NCBI GenBank assembly: GCA_038893995.1
Contig: JAWAQK010000026.1
Coordinates: forward strand, 1 to 31,815
Origin: Candidatus Thorarchaeota archaeon
GTDB taxonomy: Archaea; Asgardarchaeota; Thorarchaeia; Thorarchaeales; Thorarchaeaceae
Length of the DNA: 31,815 nucleotides
Direction: 5' to 3'
The translations under genes were made by a program, and so were the position numbers. Of this stretch, positions 28,330-31,815 are shown piece by piece (the first letter of the stretch is position 1; each line of letters begins with the position of its first letter). The notes beneath the pieces were generated by a model, which ran no database searches, had not been told where the DNA came from, and was given only the letters and a program-made list of their open reading frames with translations.

Positions 28330-28812
28330 TTGTTGAGAATAGGTGTCGTACTTGGACAGGGTGGTCACACTGCACAGACCTTCTCGCTGGTCCGCCTACT
28401 GGGTGATGAGTTCAGATATGTCTACTTTGTGGGGCTCTTCGACCGGTTGACCCCCCTCAGGATCCCCATTCCAGGTACCATACTGCGGGTCTTGCCGCCC
28501 CGTCTCCTGCCTCAGGACTCGAAAATAATGTCTGTCTTCAGGACAGTGTGCACGTTCCTGTTGTCCCTGCTGTACGTGGTCGTCATGAGACCTGCCGTCG
28601 TGGTGAGCTGTGGAACTGGCTTGACTGTCCCTATCTTCCTCGCGGCCCGCCTCTGCGGGGTCAGGACAGTGTTCATCGAGAGTATGTCGAGGGTGGAGTC
28701 GCTCTCAATGACAGGCCGGTTGCTGCTGGGTCGGGTGGACCTATTCATAGTACAGTGGCCAAGCCTTGCTGAGAGAGTCCCTGGTTCAGTCTACGGAGGA
28801 CAGCTATTATGA
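28330..28812 (+). CDS. alg14: Alg14-like acceptor-binding subunit of a UDP-GlcNAc transferase
   Basis: GQGGHTAQ, VSCGTGLTVP, FIESMSRVESLSMTGRLL, DLFIVQWPSL, VYGG. Confidence 0.88.
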   Translation: MLRIGVVLGQGGHTAQTFSLVRLLGDEFRYVYFVGLFDRLTPLRIPIPGTILRVLPPRLLPQDSKIMSVFRTVCTFLLSLLYVVVMRPAVVVSCGTGLTVPIFLAARLCGVRTVFIESMSRVESLSMTGRLLLGRVDLFIVQWPSLAERVPGSVYGGQLL

Positions 28813-29267
28813 TATTCGTGACGGTAGGTACAGCTCAGTTTGACGAACTGGTGATGGAGGTCGACGGCCTTGTCCGATCTGGAGTCATCAGAGACAGAGT
28901 GGTCGCCCAGATTGGCCGAGGGAGATATGTGCCGACCTCCATCGAGTATTTCAGGCTGGCCCGGTCACTCAATTCTGCATACGACCACGCAGATGTCATC
29001 GTCAGTGCCGGGGGCGCTGGTACCATAATGGAGTGTGTTCGGAGGGGGCTCAGGCTCGTGGTGGTCGAGAACAGGAGTCTGATGGAGGGACATCAGGCAC
29101 AGCTGGTCCGTGAGATGGCTCGTCGTGGGCATCTGCTGTGGTGTCCCAGCGTGTCTGAGATCGCCGAGTACGTTGAGCGTGCGCGTCACATGAGATTCGA
29201 ACCCTTTGTCAGTGATCCGCCGCGAGCACATCTCCTGATTCGAGACCTCCTCCGGAGACCAAGATGA
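28809..29267 (+). CDS. alg13: Alg13-like catalytic subunit (Glyco_tran_28_C)
   Basis: IFVTVGTAQFDEL, QIGRG, ADVIVSAGGAGTIME, VVVENRSLMEGHQAQL. ATGA start/stop overlap with alg14. Confidence 0.88.
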   Translation: MIFVTVGTAQFDELVMEVDGLVRSGVIRDRVVAQIGRGRYVPTSIEYFRLARSLNSAYDHADVIVSAGGAGTIMECVRRGLRLVVVENRSLMEGHQAQLVREMARRGHLLWCPSVSEIAEYVERARHMRFEPFVSDPPRAHLLIRDLLRRPR

Positions 29268-29484
29268 GCCATATTTTCCATTTGGCGCCAAATCTACAAT
29301 GCCTTGGTACCAGTCGCGTGTGTCGCAGGCAGCGAGTTGTTATCCCGATATGTATGTGCATCCTCATCCGGGTAGTCCCCTGCTATTCTCCTGATTTGAT
29401 GTCTGCTTTTTATTCGACCATTCCACCGGAAGCAAAGGTCAGTGACTCTCGATCTACTGACCGAAATGCACGGGATGATCAGAC

Positions 29485-30231
29485 TTGAGCAAGAAGTCGA
29501 CTCGTACTAAGGAATCTAGACTTATTCGGACCAGAGGGATTGGTCTCTCGGTCAAGCTGTTCCGCCTCAACGGGACGGAGAAGGGTGCCAGCGAGATCAT
29601 GAAGGTCCTTGAGACGTATACGTACCAGCCTTCAGAAAACAACGGTGGAGCTGGCTTCAAGAATCTGAAGGTGTCGGGGAAGACGGTCGGCGGAGAATTT
29701 GTCGCCAGCTTCCCTGTGGCAGTGCTCAACTATGACTCAGAAGGCAACATCATGCCAGTCCATTACATGAGCTTCGATAGGGGAGAGGTCTTGGTCAAGA
29801 CCGATCGCCAGACCGTCGAGGTCCGCGGCTCGGAGAGGATCGCGAGGAAGTTCAAGCGGGTCTTCGAGGAGCTGACGGGTCTAGAACTGTCTCCACTGAA
29901 CCTCAACGGAGGCACACTGAAGCTCTACGAGACCGCAACCGAGATCGATGCAGTCCTAGTGACTGGTCTCGACAAGGGAAACCTGACTCAGGCCGAGTTC
30001 AGGGGCTCTGGGATACAGCGCGAGGACGAGATTGGCATGTACACCCGTCGATACAAGGGTCAGATCTCGAGGTTCAGGGGGACCTTCCCCTACCCCAGCG
30101 GCGCTCTGCTCACTACCACTGTGAATACTCTCTCGGGTTCTTTCACAGTCTACAAGAGCGGTGATGGAATCCTGGAGAAGGACCTGAACTGGATAGTCGA
30201 GCTGATGGAGAACGCTGCACACGGCACCTAG
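29485..30231 (+). CDS. Hypothetical soluble alpha/beta protein
   Basis: 248 aa open frame with coding-like codon usage. TTTTTATT upstream at about 29407-29414. No family recognised. Confidence 0.8.
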   Translation: MSKKSTRTKESRLIRTRGIGLSVKLFRLNGTEKGASEIMKVLETYTYQPSENNGGAGFKNLKVSGKTVGGEFVASFPVAVLNYDSEGNIMPVHYMSFDRGEVLVKTDRQTVEVRGSERIARKFKRVFEELTGLELSPLNLNGGTLKLYETATEIDAVLVTGLDKGNLTQAEFRGSGIQREDEIGMYTRRYKGQISRFRGTFPYPSGALLTTTVNTLSGSFTVYKSGDGILEKDLNWIVELMENAAHGT

Positions 30232-30233
30232 GA

Positions 30234-30521
30234 GTGGCCCCCCGAGGGCCCTCCCCTCCCGATCTTCGTCTCACGGACTGTCTGGGTCTGTCCAATGAGA
30301 CATCGGCAATCGCACTCACCAGAGTTCTGTCTGCGACGCTCGTCGCCGACACCAGACGGCATGGACGGCCGTCACCAGTTCTTCTCGAGACTGTCCTTGA
30401 CAGTGAGCGGCCTCCGCCCGATGTGTCATGGGACCGATTGTCGGTGGCGGACCGAGACATGCGGTACTTCAGATGGTCCTGGTATGCACTTGCCATCTAC
30501 TGCGTGAACCACACGGGGTGA
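30234..30521 (+). CDS. Possible small hypothetical protein
   Basis: Exactly fills the gap between two + strand genes (2 nt and 6 nt spacing), but has no recognisable motif. Confidence 0.3.
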   Translation: MAPRGPSPPDLRLTDCLGLSNETSAIALTRVLSATLVADTRRHGRPSPVLLETVLDSERPPPDVSWDRLSVADRDMRYFRWSWYALAIYCVNHTG

Positions 30522-30527
30522 CTGGAA

Positions 30528-31316
30528 TTGGCCACGCACATCGTTAATAGACAGTGTGAACACACGCCACTGGCAGAAATGGTCCCTGACCCCGACATAG
30601 TTTCGCGTGTCTTCACGCATCGCGGTACTACCTACAACTGCAGGTGGAATCGTACCAATCACGCGCGGCTTGGAAAGGAAATGGGAGACCTGGCGTCCCT
30701 CTGGGGACATCTCTCCTCTGTGCTCACTGGTCGAGTTCCCGAGAATCCATTCATGGGCCTCCCTTACAGGCGGGCGTCCTCTCTACACCTTGACCTGAGT
30801 AGCAAGACCTCAAAGATTCGGCTAAGGAATAGACTGATGAGTTCTGGCATGATCACCAGTCGAGTAGACGACGACCTCGTCAGACTGACACGTGAGTTTC
30901 ACCGGCTGAGGAGGGAGGACAGCTACTGTGCTGACCACTCGATCCTTGAGGAGTTCCTCATGCGTGACCCAAATACTATTGCGACAGAGGTCCCCGTCTG
31001 GTCCGACAGGCATATGCTCTCAGGCCATATTGACTTGGTCAGAGCGGTCGATGGCATCATCCAGGTGTGCGACTACAAGCCTGGCCCGCTGCACGAGACC
31101 GGCCAGCGGTTCTTGAACTCTCTCCCCCAGGTGGCCGCCTACGGGGAGATGATGGCCTACCATCTCTCCGATACCCTGCGCAGTGCAGACAGTGGCGGAC
31201 TCTTGCCCCGTGTCATATGTACGGTCTTCGACTCTCACTCCAGCTGGTACTTTGGTGCAGAGTTGTTCGTGACATTGTGCTCAATGGGCGTCATCAGGGA
31301 CTTCTCTTTGTCCTGA
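30528..31316 (+). CDS. PD-(D/E)xK nuclease family protein (RecB/Cas4-like core, no Fe-S cysteine cluster)
   Basis: H...TEVPVW...LSGHIDLV...IQVCDYKPG...QVAAY matches RecB-type motifs E, GxxD, DYK and QxxxY. GGGGTGA RBS precedes TTG 30528. Confidence 0.85.
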   Translation: MATHIVNRQCEHTPLAEMVPDPDIVSRVFTHRGTTYNCRWNRTNHARLGKEMGDLASLWGHLSSVLTGRVPENPFMGLPYRRASSLHLDLSSKTSKIRLRNRLMSSGMITSRVDDDLVRLTREFHRLRREDSYCADHSILEEFLMRDPNTIATEVPVWSDRHMLSGHIDLVRAVDGIIQVCDYKPGPLHETGQRFLNSLPQVAAYGEMMAYHLSDTLRSADSGGLLPRVICTVFDSHSSWYFGAELFVTLCSMGVIRDFSLS

Positions 31317-31815
31317 GCCTGTTGTCCTGTTTTGATATCCTGACTGACTCCTCTATCCTCAGGGACTGAGATGATGTCCTGTTGTACCGGAGCAGGATCG
31401 TGGGACGCTCCGAGACAAGGCCCTCGCGCATTCTTGCAAAGTACCTCTCTGTGAGTATCCCAAATCTGTCCAGTGCAGGATCGACAGGGACCCAGCCATA
31501 GCGCTGTAGCAGGACCTCGCACCAGGCATGAGCCTCGGACCGGTCCTCGTCCCTGAAGTAGTGACCCACTACGCGTCTGGCTGGAATCTGTACCGCTCTT
31601 GCGAGCGTCACAAGCAGGTCGGCGTGCTCGTCACAGTCCCCCTCCTTCTCCCTAAGTGCCCTGGCCGCACCCCGTCGCTCGTTGAGGTGAGTCTTCAACT
31701 TGACTCGCTCGCGTACTACTCTGTGGGCCAGCCTGACGTAGGTCTCGTCACTGTTACTCTTCTCTGCTATCATGTGTACTAGCTCCTGGACTCCTTCATC
31801 TTCTGTCTCCCAGTA
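31294..31815 (-). CDS. Transglutaminase-like domain protein (5' end outside the window)
   Basis: GDCDEHA...LARAVQIPARRVVG...HAWCEV...GWVPVDP gives the Cys-His-Asp triad. The frame stays open to the window edge (YWETEDEGVQELVH...). Confidence 0.9.
   Translation of the reverse strand, partial: YWETEDEGVQELVHMIAEKSNSDETYVRLAHRVVRERVKLKTHLNERRGAARALREKEGDCDEHADLLVTLARAVQIPARRVVGHYFRDEDRSEAHAWCEVLLQRYGWVPVDPALDRFGILTERYFARMREGLVSERPTILLRYNRTSSQSLRIEESVRISKQDNRLRTKRSP

Noticed and set aside
30519-30530. In-frame TGA between ORFs 30234..30521 and 30528..31316 as possible selenocysteine or read-through
   Set aside because: The TGA is part of GGGGTGA, a typical archaeal Shine-Dalgarno 6 nt before the TTG start. 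There is no redox-motif context and no SECIS was seen.
30528-31316. Cas4 / CRISPR adaptation module
   Set aside because: No Cas4 four-cysteine Fe-S pattern, no cas1/cas2, and no repeat-spacer array in the window.
1-31815. Genome-wide TAG reassignment (pyrrolysine code)
   Set aside because: Several genes, including nreA with its terminal PIP box, the desulforedoxin and wecC, end at TAG exactly where the family is expected to end.

Overview
Archaeal chromosomal window, roughly mid-50s % GC by eye. Archaeal markers are nreA with a C-terminal PIP box, rpo5, TATA/BRE-like promoters and GGTGA/GAGG ribosome-binding sites. The long eukaryote-type Rpo5/RPB5 and a split, eukaryote-like Alg14/Alg13 pair suggest an Asgard archaeon, possibly Thorarchaeia (inference only). 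The left third holds housekeeping and regulatory genes: a truncated M48-like membrane protein lacking HExxH, nreA, an orphan T2SS-F/TadC-like platform protein, RHH-V4R and AbrB-ACT-like regulators, an EamA transporter, a 39-aa desulforedoxin missed by the ORF track, rpo5, an isoprenol/dolichol kinase, a CinA-like gene and an HD hydrolase. The centre (about 11.3-29.3 kb) is a glycan biosynthesis locus: wecC, wecB, an asnB-like amidotransferase, a MOP flippase, a GT-C membrane protein, several GT-B enzymes (one split by an in-frame TAG) and Alg14/Alg13. A ~565-bp decayed direct duplication flanks wecB. Embedded in the locus is an operon of a non-canonical FAD oxidoreductase and a CCG Fe-S protein with a putative SCP2-like lipid-binding tail. 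The right end has a hypothetical protein, a PD-(D/E)xK nuclease and a truncated transglutaminase-like gene. I saw no rRNA, tRNA, CRISPR array or intact mobile element. All family assignments come from motif recognition, not database searches.
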